Shown here: positions 27,787 through 38,586 of the stretch, one piece after another
Position numbering within the stretch: the first letter of the stretch is position 1
How the letters are laid out: each line of letters begins with the position of its first letter
NCBI GenBank assembly: GCA_039698055.1
Contig: JBDKTL010000046.1
Span: forward strand, 1 to 58,188
Origin: Methanoregula sp.
Lineage (GTDB): Archaea; Halobacteriota; Methanomicrobia; Methanomicrobiales; Methanospirillaceae
Direction of reading: 5' to 3'
Length of the DNA: 58,188 bases
The notes under the pieces: generated by a model
What the model saw: only the letters and a program-made list of their open reading frames with translations
The model's database searches: none
Told to the model about the DNA's origin: nothing
Made by a program: the position numbers and the translations under genes

Positions 27787-30700
27787 TGCCAATAAGAACG
27801 GATATCAAAAAGGTCCTGCTCATCGGGTCAGGTCCGATCCAGATAGGCCAGGCTGCAGAATTCGATTTCTCCGGAACGCAGGCATGCAAATCGCTTCGTG
27901 AAGAGGGCATCAGGGTCGTACTGGTCAATTCGAACCCGGCGACGATTATGACCGATCCTGAAACGGCGGATGAAGTGTATATCGAGCCGCTCCGGGCAGA
28001 TTTCATCGCGAAGATTATCGAGAAGGAAAAACCGGATGGCATTCTTTCGGGAATGGGTGGGCAAACGGCGCTGAACCTTACCGCGGAACTTGCCGAGATG
28101 GGCGCACTCAAGGACGTAGAAATTCTTGGCACACCATTAAAGGCAATCTACCAGGGAGAGGACCGGGAGAAATTCCGTGACCTGATGAAGGAAATTGGTG
28201 AACCGGTACCGCATAGTATCGTCCTGAATTCAGTAAGCCAGATCGACGATGCGATAAAAGAGATCGGTCTCCCGGCCGTCGTGCGACCAGCATATACCCT
28301 TGGCGGGGCGGGGGGCGGTATTGCCCAGTCACGCGAGGAACTGATCCGGATTGTTGAACTTGGCCTTTCCCGTTCCCGTATCCACCAGGTTCTTATCGAA
28401 GAAAGCGTGATGGGCTGGAAAGAGATTGAGTTTGAAGTGATGCGGGATGCATCTGATACCTGCGTGATCATTTGTGGCATGGAGAACGTGGATCCTATGG
28501 GTATCCATACCGGGGAGAGCGTGGTCGTTGCGCCTATCCTGACCCTCCGCGACGACGAGTTCCAGATGATGCGGACTGCTGCTATCCACATCATACGGGC
28601 GCTCAATGTTCAGGGTGGCTGTAACATCCAGTTTGCGTTCCTGAACGGGGATTACCGGGTCATCGAAGTAAACCCCCGGGTCTCCCGCTCGTCTGCACTT
28701 GCATCCAAAGCGACCGGGTATCCAATCGCACGGGTTGCAGCAAAAATCGCAGTCGGCCTGCGCCTTGATGAAATCAAAAATACCGTCACCGGGTGCACCG
28801 CCGCATCGTTTGAACCCACGATCGATTATGTCGTTGTTAAAGTTCCCCGTTGGCCGTTTGACAAGTTCAAAGGCGCCGACCGGACGCTTACCACATCGAT
28901 GAAAAGCACCGGTGAGGTGATGGCAATCGGACGGACGCTTGAGGAAGCGTTCATGAAGGCCAAGCGTTCTGTCGATACGGATGTCCGCAGTCATACGAGC
29001 CCAAGCGAGATCCGTATGATCCTGTCGCGCCCGACCGATGAGCGGTTTCACTGCCTGTTCGATGCATTCCGACAGGGATTTTCCATTGAAGAGATCGTGC
29101 AGCTCACGTCAATTACGCCGTTTTTCCTTGAAAAAATAAAAAATATCGTGGACATGGAAAAACAACTGGCGGTCCGGTGCGAGGATGCCGATATCCTTGC
29201 GGCAAAAAAATATGGATTTACCCATGCAGAAATTGCTGAAATTTCAGGAATGCCACTGGATGCTATCGCACGAATTGCCGGAGACCCCTCCTATAAGATG
29301 GTAGATACCTGTGCAGCAGAATTCCCGGCCATCACCCCCTATTTCTATTCGACGTATGAACCCAATTGCGAGATCGTGAGGAGCGACCGGCAGAAAGTGC
29401 TGATCCTTGGTTCAGGCCCCATCCGCATCGGCCAGGGAATAGAATTTGATTATTGCACGGTTCACGCTGTTCAGGCCCTTCGGGAAGAGGGCGTGGAAGT
29501 TCATATTGTCAACAACAATCCCGAAACGGTATCTACGGATTTTGATACGTCAGATCGTCTCTTCTTTGAACCGATGCTTCTTGAAGATGTGGCAAATATC
29601 CTCAAAAAGGATAACTATTACGGTGTGATGGTCCAGTTCGGCGGACAGAATGCGGTAAACCTTGCAGTCCCGGTCGAAATCGAGATTAAAAGGCTCGGGT
29701 TATCGACAAAAGTGCTGGGGACAAGTCCTGACGCGATGGATATCGCTGAAGACCGGGACCGGTTCAGCGTCCTGCTCGATAAACTGCATATCCCCAGCCC
29801 GAAGAACAGTTCTGCGTATTCTGAATCTGAAGCAAAGGAGAAGGCAGAAATGATCGGGTACCCGGTAATTGTCCGGCCGTCATATGTCCTTGGCGGGCGG
29901 GCAATGGAGATTGTTCACGATACAATCGAACTGGAAACCTACATGAAGGAGGCAGTCCGGGTCAGTCGGCACCATCCCGTCCTGATCGATTCATATCTCC
30001 AGAATGCGGTCGAACTTGATGTGGATGCAGTTTGTGACGGAGAGGATGTCCTTATCGGTGGCATCATGGAGCATATTGAGCAGGCCGGTATCCATTCCGG
30101 TGATTCAGCATGCGTAATACCGACCCAGTCGCTCTCGGCATCCATCGTGAACACGGTCAGGGAGTACACCCAGAAGATTGCGCTTGGTCTTGGGGTTGTC
30201 GGCCTTGTTAATCTCCAGCTGGCGGTCCGGGACAACGTCGTGTACGTTCTTGAGGCCAATCCGCGCGCAAGCCGGACGGTACCGTTTGTGTCCAAGGCCA
30301 CCGGTCTGCCCATTGCAAAGATTGCAGCAAAAGTGATGATCGGAAAGAAACTGCGCGATATGGGTTACCATGAACGCGAGTTCAGGCATATTGCAGTAAA
30401 AGAAGTCCTCCTTCCCTTCAATAAATTATCCGGTGTGGATACGATGCTAGGTCCGGAGATGAAGAGCACCGGTGAGGTTATGGGGATTGATTATGACTTC
30501 GGGCTTGCCTTTTACAAAGCCTGTATCTCCGCGGATAATGAACTACCCTTAAAAGGCAATATTTTCATTTCCGTGAATATGGAGCAGAAAGAAGATGTTA
30601 TTCCCATTGCCCGGCACCTGCGGGATCTTGGCCTTACGCTTTTTGGAACTGAAGGAACTGTGGACTACCTCCATGAAGCAGGTGTGGAAGCACATCTTGT

Positions 30701-30947
30701 GCGAAAAGTGCAGGAAGGTTCACCAAACGTGCTTGACATGATGCGGCACGGTGAGATCCGCCTCATCATCAATACACCGCAGGACAAGCAGTCCCGTCAG
30801 GATCATTACCAGATCATGCATGCGGCAGTAGACCTCCAAATCCCCTATATCACCACGCTTCAGGCAGCGCGGGCAGCTGCGCTGGCGATTGATGCAATCA
30901 AGCGAGAAAAGATGACGCTTGAGCCTATCAGCCACTATCTGAAGTGA
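27786..30947 (+). CDS. carB: Carbamoyl-phosphate synthase large subunit
   Basis: GSGPIQIGQAAEFDFSG, two ATP-grasp halves, MKSTGEVM twice, MGS domain. Confidence 0.99.
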   Translation: MPIRTDIKKVLLIGSGPIQIGQAAEFDFSGTQACKSLREEGIRVVLVNSNPATIMTDPETADEVYIEPLRADFIAKIIEKEKPDGILSGMGGQTALNLTAELAEMGALKDVEILGTPLKAIYQGEDREKFRDLMKEIGEPVPHSIVLNSVSQIDDAIKEIGLPAVVRPAYTLGGAGGGIAQSREELIRIVELGLSRSRIHQVLIEESVMGWKEIEFEVMRDASDTCVIICGMENVDPMGIHTGESVVVAPILTLRDDEFQMMRTAAIHIIRALNVQGGCNIQFAFLNGDYRVIEVNPRVSRSSALASKATGYPIARVAAKIAVGLRLDEIKNTVTGCTAASFEPTIDYVVVKVPRWPFDKFKGADRTLTTSMKSTGEVMAIGRTLEEAFMKAKRSVDTDVRSHTSPSEIRMILSRPTDERFHCLFDAFRQGFSIEEIVQLTSITPFFLEKIKNIVDMEKQLAVRCEDADILAAKKYGFTHAEIAEISGMPLDAIARIAGDPSYKMVDTCAAEFPAITPYFYSTYEPNCEIVRSDRQKVLILGSGPIRIGQGIEFDYCTVHAVQALREEGVEVHIVNNNPETVSTDFDTSDRLFFEPMLLEDVANILKKDNYYGVMVQFGGQNAVNLAVPVEIEIKRLGLSTKVLGTSPDAMDIAEDRDRFSVLLDKLHIPSPKNSSAYSESEAKEKAEMIGYPVIVRPSYVLGGRAMEIVHDTIELETYMKEAVRVSRHHPVLIDSYLQNAVELDVDAVCDGEDVLIGGIMEHIEQAGIHSGDSACVIPTQSLSASIVNTVREYTQKIALGLGVVGLVNLQLAVRDNVVYVLEANPRASRTVPFVSKATGLPIAKIAAKVMIGKKLRDMGYHEREFRHIAVKEVLLPFNKLSGVDTMLGPEMKSTGEVMGIDYDFGLAFYKACISADNELPLKGNIFISVNMEQKEDVIPIARHLRDLGLTLFGTEGTVDYLHEAGVEAHLVRKVQEGSPNVLDMMRHGEIRLIINTPQDKQSRQDHYQIMHAAVDLQIPYITTLQAARAAALAIDAIKREKMTLEPISHYLK

Positions 30948-31078
30948 TTAACGTCTGACAACCTGGATTTTTATCAGGTTTTTTCGTCATTTTTTTCTGC
31001 GTACCTGTTGTTTTTATCCAGAGGGTACATGAGCCATAATAGAATATGCTTATATACCGAGATAACAAAAAAACATGC

Positions 31079-31576
31079 ATGAAGAAAATTTTTGTTGTTC
31101 TTGCAGTCCTGTTTATCGGGATTCTGTTAGCGGGATGCACATCCCAGCCGGCAACTCCTGTAGCCACACCCACTCCAACTGAAGTTTTGACCGCTGTGCC
31201 AACCGCCGTTCCAACCATGGAGGTTACGACTGCCGTACCAACAACCGCTGCCACTCCGGAAGTAACCGCAACCCCCACGCCAACACCGACACCGGTACCG
31301 ACGTACACCATGACATTCACGACGACTATGCAGGTTCTCAATGGTCCAGATGCGTACATCAAAGCCGGGACAAAAGTCATCTGGATGAACAATGACTCGT
31401 TAAAACCCCACGGTATACAGGCACTTAGCTCCCAGACTGGACAATATTTCGGTACGATGGAATCAAAGTCAATTCCTTACGGAAAAACATATGAAGTAAC
31501 TTTTGACAAACCGGGTTCATACGATTACACGACCACATTCCAGCCCCATCTGATGGGAAAGATTGTCGTAAGTTAA
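31079..31576 (+). CDS. Lipoprotein with Pro/Thr-rich linker and cupredoxin-like C-terminal domain
   Basis: Lipobox LLAGC, PT repeats, G..V.W.N.D..PH...G.TY..TF..PG.Y.Y. Confidence 0.8.
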   Translation: MKKIFVVLAVLFIGILLAGCTSQPATPVATPTPTEVLTAVPTAVPTMEVTTAVPTTAATPEVTATPTPTPTPVPTYTMTFTTTMQVLNGPDAYIKAGTKVIWMNNDSLKPHGIQALSSQTGQYFGTMESKSIPYGKTYEVTFDKPGSYDYTTTFQPHLMGKIVVS

Positions 31577-31734
31577 ATCAAGGCGATACTTAGTTCAGGA
31601 ATACACACCTGAACACTATTTTTGTTCTTTATAAAAAGTTTGTTTTTCTTCTCTTGTTTGAGGTATCCCCGAAAAATATATGGTGGAACCTCTTACGTAT
31701 ACACACACTACGTTATGTGCGGAAATGATTCATC

Positions 31735-32943
31735 ATGGGAAAAGGAACCATCGTACTTGCATATTCCGGGGGACTTGATACCTCGATCTGTATTCCCCTT
31801 TTAAAAGAGCGATATGATTACGATCGCGTTGTTACCGTTGCTGTTCATGTCGGACAGCGCGATGAAGAAATTGACGTGGCAACAAAAAAAGGGAAAAAAT
31901 TAGCCGATCGCCACTACACGCTTGATCTGCGGGAAAAGTTTGTCAGCGACCATATCTTTCCTTCAATCAAGGCAAACGGCTCCTACGAGGGCTACCCGAT
32001 GGGGACGTCACTTGCCCGGCCGCTTATCGCTGAAGAAGTGGTAAAGATTGCAAGAAAAGAAGGGGCAATTGCTGTCGGGCATGGCTGCACCGGGAAAGGA
32101 AACGATCAGCTACGGTTCGATTTTATCATCCGCGGTGCCGGGCTTGATGTTGTCGCACCTATCCGTGAGCTCAATCTCACCCGTGATTGGGAGATCGATT
32201 ATGCAAAAGAACATAATATCCCGGTTACGGTGAAAAAAGACAAACCCTGGAGTGTTGACGAGAATTGCTGGAGCCGGAGCATCGAGGGTGGCGAGCTTGA
32301 AGATCCCGCATATCACCCCCCTGAAGAGATCTATCAATGGACGGTTTCGCCGGATAAAGCGCCCGGTACACCGGTGAACGTAACGATCGAATTCAAAAAT
32401 GGGGTCCCCGTTGCCATGAACAAGAAGAAAATGGTAGGATATGAGCTTATCCAGAAACTCAACCTGCTTGCCGGGAAACACGGGATCGGCAGGAATGATA
32501 TGATAGAGGACCGGATCCTTGGACTTAAAGCACGGGAGAATTATGAACACCCGGCGGCAACGGTGATTTTAGCGGCGCACCGTGATTTGGAAGGCCTTGT
32601 CCTGACCCGGCAGGAACTGGCATTCAAGCGGATGGTGGATGACAAATGGTCCGAACTTGCGTATAAGGGACTGGTCTATGAACCGCTCTACGCCGCACTG
32701 AACGCATTTATCAACACGACCCAGGAACGGGTAAATGGAAGTGTCGACCTGCAACTCTTTAAGGGCAGTGTCCGTATCCTCGGGCGTATGTCGCAAAATG
32801 CAATCTACTCATCAGATCTAGTCTCCTTTGACAGTGCATCCATCGACCAGTGCCATGCAATTGGCGTCTCCCAGTACTTTGGTTTGCAGGCACGCCTCGT
32901 TCATGCTCTCTCTGCAAAGAAAAAAAGTAAAAAGAAAAACTAA
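31735..32943 (+). CDS. argG: Argininosuccinate synthase
   Basis: [33 protein letters not shown]. Confidence 0.98.
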   Translation: MGKGTIVLAYSGGLDTSICIPLLKERYDYDRVVTVAVHVGQRDEEIDVATKKGKKLADRHYTLDLREKFVSDHIFPSIKANGSYEGYPMGTSLARPLIAEEVVKIARKEGAIAVGHGCTGKGNDQLRFDFIIRGAGLDVVAPIRELNLTRDWEIDYAKEHNIPVTVKKDKPWSVDENCWSRSIEGGELEDPAYHPPEEIYQWTVSPDKAPGTPVNVTIEFKNGVPVAMNKKKMVGYELIQKLNLLAGKHGIGRNDMIEDRILGLKARENYEHPAATVILAAHRDLEGLVLTRQELAFKRMVDDKWSELAYKGLVYEPLYAALNAFINTTQERVNGSVDLQLFKGSVRILGRMSQNAIYSSDLVSFDSASIDQCHAIGVSQYFGLQARLVHALSAKKKSKKKN

Positions 32944-33424
32944 TTTTTTTGTTGTTTACTTATGGGGTGTCTGCATCGGGGGTGCAAATGCATACTTCAC
33001 AATTGCCCCGATGAACAGACTTTTGGTAGGGTTATATAGTTTAATCACGTCTGAAAATGCATCGTTTATTCGTTATGCATGATGGAATTTTAATTTAGAA
33101 TTCCCGCTGAAGAGCCCTTTTGCAGGCAGCAGAGACTATTGCCACCGGAGTATCAAGGCATCGGTCCCGATCAATGAAACTGGATGGTGGCTGTGTCGCT
33201 AAAATGCCGATGCGCCAAAAAATATTTTATTTTGGTTTAAAACTACATGGTTTCATGCGTGTGTTTATTAAGAATGGTTATATCATCTGAAGAAAATCTT
33301 GGGTTGGCGTTTTCCGGTAAGATTTGTATGCCCCACCCTGCGATTTAGTACAATAACCCTGTTTTTGAGGATGCCCCCGTTAATAAAGAGAAACTTATAT
33401 GGATTGATAATCAAATCGGGTACT

Positions 33425-34924
33425 ATGTGCGCCAGTTTTTTTTCCCGCTTCACTAAACCGCACCCCCATATCGTTGAAAGTCCGCCTCCCCCATCCATCG
33501 CACATGGTGCCGGGATGCAGGTTCCGGAATATAAAAACAAACCGTATTTTATTGTTGCGTCGGTTGAGATGGGCAATACCACCACAAAGTGCATTCTCAC
33601 CGGCGTGAGTCTTGAAACCGGAATGTCGTACGTGATCAATAAGACCGTCAGTATGAGCAGGGATATCCGAAAACCAAAACCCGGCGAAGAAATTTTTGGC
33701 GAAACACTTGACGGCACGCAACTGAGCCGCGAAGCAGTCACCGAACTCGTCAGGGATACCCTGATCAAATGCCACAAGGATGCCCATCTCGATATTGTCA
33801 AGGACCTGGACTTTGTCGTTCGCAGTACCGGTGTCGTTGCGGAAATGGAGTCTCCGGATCAGGTTGGTGACTTTGTCATCGCCCTTGCCAACGGCTGCCT
33901 GAATGCCGGTGTCCCGCCCCGGAAGATGACACCTCCAATGTCAAAGGCAAACCAGTCCCAAAAACTCCAGCCGTTCAGTTTTGCTGACAAAGTTGTTTTT
34001 ATCGGTGCGGTAGCTGGGGTGGTCCCCCCGGTAGGCTCTACCGGTGTTGAAATGGTCGCTAATGAAATGGAAGGGGAACTTGCGATGGCGGGAATCAAGG
34101 AAGGCGCAAAATGGACCCCGGTGGATTTCCGCAACCCGTGTGTGTCTGTCGATTTTGGCACGACCCTGGATGGCAGGATCACCAGCGATGTAAGCCCGGA
34201 TAATCCAAATCCTTTTGCAAAGACCATCGGAAATTTTTGTGGTCTTGCGGGTGCGATTCCTGATGCAATTGTCCGGGGAACCGGTCTCGTGCAGGAACAG
34301 ACCGGTACTGCACTCGATATTTTCGGCGAACACAGCGTGACCGGTGGGTTGTTTGGCGGCGGTAACCGACAGGTAATCGATGAATATGTTGACCGCTGCC
34401 ATGAACATATCGATATCCGGATCGTGCCTGCCGATCGCGAACGGTTCGGGCGGGTACCGGTAAATTCAAAAGCGGCAATCGAATCCGGTGTTGCGATGAT
34501 CGGTTGCGACTGTGGTAAAAACAGCAGCGATCTCAATTCCCTGCTTGCAATCGGAAAAGAGATCCATGAGAAACACAATCTTTCAGTTTTAAACGAAGTG
34601 GTGGACAGGGTCTGTACGAAGATGGCTCTCCGTCTGGTTGATATTGCATTGGAACAAAATCTTGTTCCCCGGAACGCGTCGATCGGTTTTACCGGACGGG
34701 CTGCGATCTCCGGGCGAAAACCCGAGTACATTCTTGAAGGGATCATTGAGCGCGATATTTTCGACGATCCAAATGATCACCTTGTATTTGTAGATGATGG
34801 TCTTGCCCGCGGGGCAGCACTGATGGGTCGGTGCATGAACTCACTGGGTAAGCCCAAAAACCCGATTGGCGGTGTACGTGGCGGACCGTGTATTATGAGC
34901 CGCCGGATCAAAATAGGAAAGTAA
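33425..34924 (+). CDS. Methanogenesis marker protein 14
   Basis: VASVEMGNTTTK, DFVVRSTGV, NEMEGEL, DFGTTLDG, VDDGLARGAA.M.RCMNS.G.P. Confidence 0.88.
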   Translation: MCASFFSRFTKPHPHIVESPPPPSIAHGAGMQVPEYKNKPYFIVASVEMGNTTTKCILTGVSLETGMSYVINKTVSMSRDIRKPKPGEEIFGETLDGTQLSREAVTELVRDTLIKCHKDAHLDIVKDLDFVVRSTGVVAEMESPDQVGDFVIALANGCLNAGVPPRKMTPPMSKANQSQKLQPFSFADKVVFIGAVAGVVPPVGSTGVEMVANEMEGELAMAGIKEGAKWTPVDFRNPCVSVDFGTTLDGRITSDVSPDNPNPFAKTIGNFCGLAGAIPDAIVRGTGLVQEQTGTALDIFGEHSVTGGLFGGGNRQVIDEYVDRCHEHIDIRIVPADRERFGRVPVNSKAAIESGVAMIGCDCGKNSSDLNSLLAIGKEIHEKHNLSVLNEVVDRVCTKMALRLVDIALEQNLVPRNASIGFTGRAAISGRKPEYILEGIIERDIFDDPNDHLVFVDDGLARGAALMGRCMNSLGKPKNPIGGVRGGPCIMSRRIKIGK

Positions 34925-34937
34925 GGAACGATGAACC

Positions 34938-35186
34938 ATGCCTGAAGAAACAAAAACCGAAGAACCATTGTTTGATGTCCTCATTCCCCCCGGAGTACCG
35001 CGATCGATTATCGCTGAAGTCGGTGAGAAATATGATGTAAAACTCGTCGAACGCAAACAACACTATAATTTTGCCAATATGCAGGGCGAAGAGCGTGAGA
35101 TTCTCGCATTTCGGGGCAAACGGGAGATTGTTGAGCAGGTGGAGAAGTTTATGATCCAGCGTCTCCAGGAATTTATTGAAAAATAA
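34938..35186 (+). CDS. Conserved small hypothetical protein
   Basis: 82-aa ORF 13 bp after marker 14; IPPGVPRSII...LAFRG. Confidence 0.7.
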   Translation: MPEETKTEEPLFDVLIPPGVPRSIIAEVGEKYDVKLVERKQHYNFANMQGEEREILAFRGKREIVEQVEKFMIQRLQEFIEK

Positions 35187-35190
35187 CAGG

Positions 35191-36102
35191 TTATTTTTTT
35201 AACAATTTTACGAGCAGTGCTTTTTGTGCGTGGAGCCGGTTTTCGGCTTCTTCCCAGACCAGACTCTGGGGACCGTCAATCACGTCACCTGCAATCTCTT
35301 CGCCGCGGTGTGCTGGTAAGCAGTGAAGGACCCGTGCGTCCACAGAAGCGTAGCGGAGCAGCGCGGTATCTACCGTAAACCCCTTAAAAGCGGCAAGACG
35401 TTTGGTGCGTTCTGCTTCATCTCCCATGGAGATCCACGTATCGGTGAAGATGACATCTGCATCTTTTACTGCTATTTCGGGTTCTTTTACTGTTTTTACG
35501 TTCCCGCCAAGAGATACTGCCTGGTCCAGGATATCTGGCGACATTTCATATCCTTTCGGTGTGGCAACCGTAACATCCATGCCGGTTAGTGCGGACGAGA
35601 GTACAAGGGAGTTGCAGACATTGTTGCCATCACCTACCCATGCAACCCGAAGATTTTCAAGATTGCCAAAATGCTCTTTGAGTGTCAGGATATCTGCAAG
35701 AAGCTGGCACGGATGTTCGCGATCGGATAATCCATTAATAACCGGGATTGTAGCATTCTGTGCCAGTTCTTTGATGGTGCTGTGCCGGTTTGCCCGGATC
35801 ATGACTGCCGTTACGTACCGCGATGCCACGCGGGCAGTATCACGGATCTCCTCGCCGCGCCCTATCTGGAGATCTTTTGCGTTCAGGAAGAGTGCATGAC
35901 CCCCCAGCTCGTTCATCCCGACTTCAAACGAGATGTGGGTGCGGGTGGATGACTTCTCAAAGATCATCGCAAGCGTCGTTCCCTTGAGCAGCTCGTGAGG
36001 AACACCGGCACGTTTCTGTCGCTTCAGGCGCTCAGCATCCAAAAGGATTTCAAAAAGCTCCTCTCTTGTGATATCCAGAATCGATAAAAAATCTTTTTTC
36101 AT
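35191..36102 (-). CDS. argF: Ornithine carbamoyltransferase
   Basis: [29 protein letters not shown]. Confidence 0.98.
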   Translation of the reverse strand: MKKDFLSILDITREELFEILLDAERLKRQKRAGVPHELLKGTTLAMIFEKSSTRTHISFEVGMNELGGHALFLNAKDLQIGRGEEIRDTARVASRYVTAVMIRANRHSTIKELAQNATIPVINGLSDREHPCQLLADILTLKEHFGNLENLRVAWVGDGNNVCNSLVLSSALTGMDVTVATPKGYEMSPDILDQAVSLGGNVKTVKEPEIAVKDADVIFTDTWISMGDEAERTKRLAAFKGFTVDTALLRYASVDARVLHCLPAHRGEEIAGDVIDGPQSLVWEEAENRLHAQKALLVKLLKK

Positions 36103-37385
36103 CGCAGCTCCTTCATGTGTGCAATACGCTGGTCAAGAAGTGCCTGTGTGCCAATATCCCGGCGGTGAAATACCTGCCCCTTTACCAAAGAGGCTGCACA
36201 TTCGGCGTTACGCTCTGCTTCTTTAAGCGTAGATCCAGTCGCAACAAACGCAATCGTGCGGGAAGACTGCGTAAACAACTGGTTTTTGCGCTCCTCTACG
36301 TTGGCATAGTATATTGTTACATCATCTCTGGATCCCATTGTAAGCGGCTCTCCCTGGACCGGGGCATCAGGATACCCTTTGGGGACAATATATTTGCAGA
36401 CGGTTGCAGCGCAGTCAAAACTTACTTTGGCTGATGAGAGCGTGCCTTCGTCAATCCTTGTTACAACATCGCAAAGATCGGATGAGAGGAGTGTAAGCAC
36501 GTTCATCGCTTCCGGATCCCCGAACCGCGCGTTGAATTCGATTACCTTGGGGCCATCGGCAGTGTTCATAAACTGCCCGTATAAGATCCCTTTGTAAGGA
36601 TGGCCGATCCGTCCCAGTGCCAGGACAACAGACTGCATGATGGCCAGCGCTTTTTTATAATCGGTTTCGGTTACAAAAGGCAGCGAGTGGTCCGGCATTG
36701 AATAGGATCCCATCCCCCCGGTGTTTGGTCCGGTATCACCCTCAAAAGCCCGTTTATGATCCTGCACAAGCGGCATCGGGATGATATGTGTCCCGTCAAC
36801 AAATGCCTGGAGCGTGAACTCCTCGCCAATCAGGCGTTCTTCAATAACGACGTTGCCCCGGAGTTGCCGCGCATATGCAATAGCGCCGGCCCGGTCGACC
36901 TGTTCGCCCATGATGCGGACGCCCTTGCCGCCGGTAAGGCCGATAGGTTTTATTACCAGATCACTTTCCTGTCCTTTGATGAATGCGACCGCTTCATCGG
37001 TATCATGAAAAATCCGGTATTTCGGGCACCCGTCAATATGATGGTGAGCCATAAGCTCGCGGCAGAATGCCTTGTCGGTCTCTATCCGGGCGGCTGCCCG
37101 GTCAGGTCCGACGCACCTTATGCCGGCAGATGTAAGATGATCGACAATACCGGCTTCAAGCGGGGATTCTGGCCCGATGAATGCATAAGAAACGCCGGCT
37201 TCCTGTGCAAACTTTACCACCCGGGCCACATCGGTTTCCTTACAAAGGCAGGTTTGATGCGCACATCGAACAATGCCAGGATTTGGTTTTGCCATTGCCG
37301 CGTAGAGTTCTGTCTCGCTGTTGCGTAAGAGAGCACACGCTATCGCATGTTCCCTACCCCCACCGCCAACAACGAGTATTTTCAT
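36099..37385 (-). CDS. purD: Phosphoribosylamine-glycine ligase
   Basis: [39 protein letters not shown]. Confidence 0.98.
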   Translation of the reverse strand: MKILVVGGGGREHAIACALLRNSETELYAAMAKPNPGIVRCAHQTCLCKETDVARVVKFAQEAGVSYAFIGPESPLEAGIVDHLTSAGIRCVGPDRAAARIETDKAFCRELMAHHHIDGCPKYRIFHDTDEAVAFIKGQESDLVIKPIGLTGGKGVRIMGEQVDRAGAIAYARQLRGNVVIEERLIGEEFTLQAFVDGTHIIPMPLVQDHKRAFEGDTGPNTGGMGSYSMPDHSLPFVTETDYKKALAIMQSVVLALGRIGHPYKGILYGQFMNTADGPKVIEFNARFGDPEAMNVLTLLSSDLCDVVTRIDEGTLSSAKVSFDCAATVCKYIVPKGYPDAPVQGEPLTMGSRDDVTIYYANVEERKNQLFTQSSRTIAFVATGSTLKEAERNAECAASLVKGQVFHRRDIGTQALLDQRIAHMKELR

Positions 37386-37418
37386 ATCAATCTCATGGGT
37401 GTTTGCATTAAAAATGGT

Positions 37419-37937
37419 TTACTCTTTATTTTTTAGGATCTCACTGATCTTTACCAGTGGTATTAATTCAGCCTGATGTTCTTTGAGCATTGCGCCTGCA
37501 CCCTGTTCCCGGTCGACAACAGTAACAACACGATTGATTATCGCTCCTGCGGACCGGAGCTTGAGAATGCCATAGAGCGCAGAACCACCGGATGTAGTTA
37601 CATCCTCGACAAGCAGGACATTTTTTCCTTTGACATGGCCGATAATCACGGAACTCTTGCCATGATCTTTTTGTGAAGCGCGGATGATCGCATAGGGTTT
37701 ATGGGCAACAAGTGCGGTTGCTGTTGCAAGCGGGATACCTCCGACGGCCACTCCAGCAACCAAATCAAATGATTCCGATGCCGCAATTTTTTCTGCTACT
37801 GCCATGAGCAGGACCGGGTTTGTCATCGCGGATTTGATGTCGACATAATACTGGCTTCTGGCCCCGGATGCCAGCGTGAAATCACCAAATTCAATCGCTT
37901 TATTTTCAATAAGCAGTTCTGCGATGGTTCTTACCAT
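37419..37937 (-). CDS. pyrE: Orotate phosphoribosyltransferase
   Basis: FGDFTLASG..S.YYVD, VEDVTTSGGS, VVDRE. Confidence 0.96.
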   Translation of the reverse strand: MVRTIAELLIENKAIEFGDFTLASGARSQYYVDIKSAMTNPVLLMAVAEKIAASESFDLVAGVAVGGIPLATATALVAHKPYAIIRASQKDHGKSSVIIGHVKGKNVLLVEDVTTSGGSALYGILKLRSAGAIINRVVTVVDREQGAGAMLKEHQAELIPLVKISEILKNKE

Positions 37938-38473
37938 GGGACCTCCTTAATGCCGCTGATGAAGCCGATAATATTTACTACCCGGTGAAGAATGGGCGTG
38001 AGGATGAGGATCATGACAATGATTGGCAGGGTGAGGTTTGCAACCAGCCATGATGGATCAAACAGGAGCATGAGCAAAAACGCTCCCACGACCAGATCGT
38101 ACTGATCGGCAATTGGCCATTTTGCTCCCCGCTCTTTCCCGATTCTTCGTTTCAGAAAACTTTTTCCGATATCGCCGATCAGTGCGCCGAGGGAGAGCAG
38201 GAAAATGGAGGCAAACGTATGGCTGGGCAAAAAATCCCAATTGAACATGCTGGCCAGCCACATCTGGATCAACCCGATTGCGATACCGGCAAGTACCCCG
38301 CACAGGAGACCCCGGTAGGTCTTTCCGTCACCCAGTAACCGTTTGCCGTCCGACAGCTTCACTCCCTTGTCGATGGGAGTACCCCCGCCAAACAGTGCCG
38401 CGACGGGATTTGGAAGGTATGCAGGAAGCATGATCCACATCGCTGAAAGAAGGGCGAGGAGCAACGGTATTAT
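37931..38473 (-). CDS. carS: CDP-archaeol synthase (DUF46)
   Basis: PAY.PN...FGGGTPID.G....G.R..GDGKT.RG, GD...SF.KRR, DQ.D, K.VPW; start uncertain (ATA 38473/38470 or TTG 38464). Confidence 0.92.
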   Translation of the reverse strand: MIPLLLALLSAMWIMLPAYLPNPVAALFGGGTPIDKGVKLSDGKRLLGDGKTYRGLLCGVLAGIAIGLIQMWLASMFNWDFLPSHTFASIFLLSLGALIGDIGKSFLKRRIGKERGAKWPIADQYDLVVGAFLLMLLFDPSWLVANLTLPIIVMILILTPILHRVVNIIGFISGIKEVPW

Positions 38474-38586
38474 GATAGACTCAACACTAATAATATAGCA
38501 CTCCAATACCTGTAATAAAGAGCAGTTAGAAACATTAATGTTACTCACATTTCGAGGAAACGTCTCAATGCAATAGGTGGAAGATA

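Noticed and set aside
31140-31330. Repeat array or CRISPR in the ACC/CCA-rich tract
   Set aside because: It is the coding Pro/Thr linker of a lipoprotein, with no fixed repeat-spacer periodicity. No CRISPR array or cas gene was seen anywhere in the window.
33107-33191. Possible hammerhead (CTGAAGA...GAAAC) or twister (GGTCCC...TGGA) ribozyme
   Set aside because: GAAA does not follow the putative stem II, and the conserved twister UAA/AAGC elements are missing.
38474-38548. Upstream ATG start for carS (205-aa ORF)
   Set aside because: It would leave only 38 bp before the divergent tes start, and the extension is AT-rich, promoter-like sequence.
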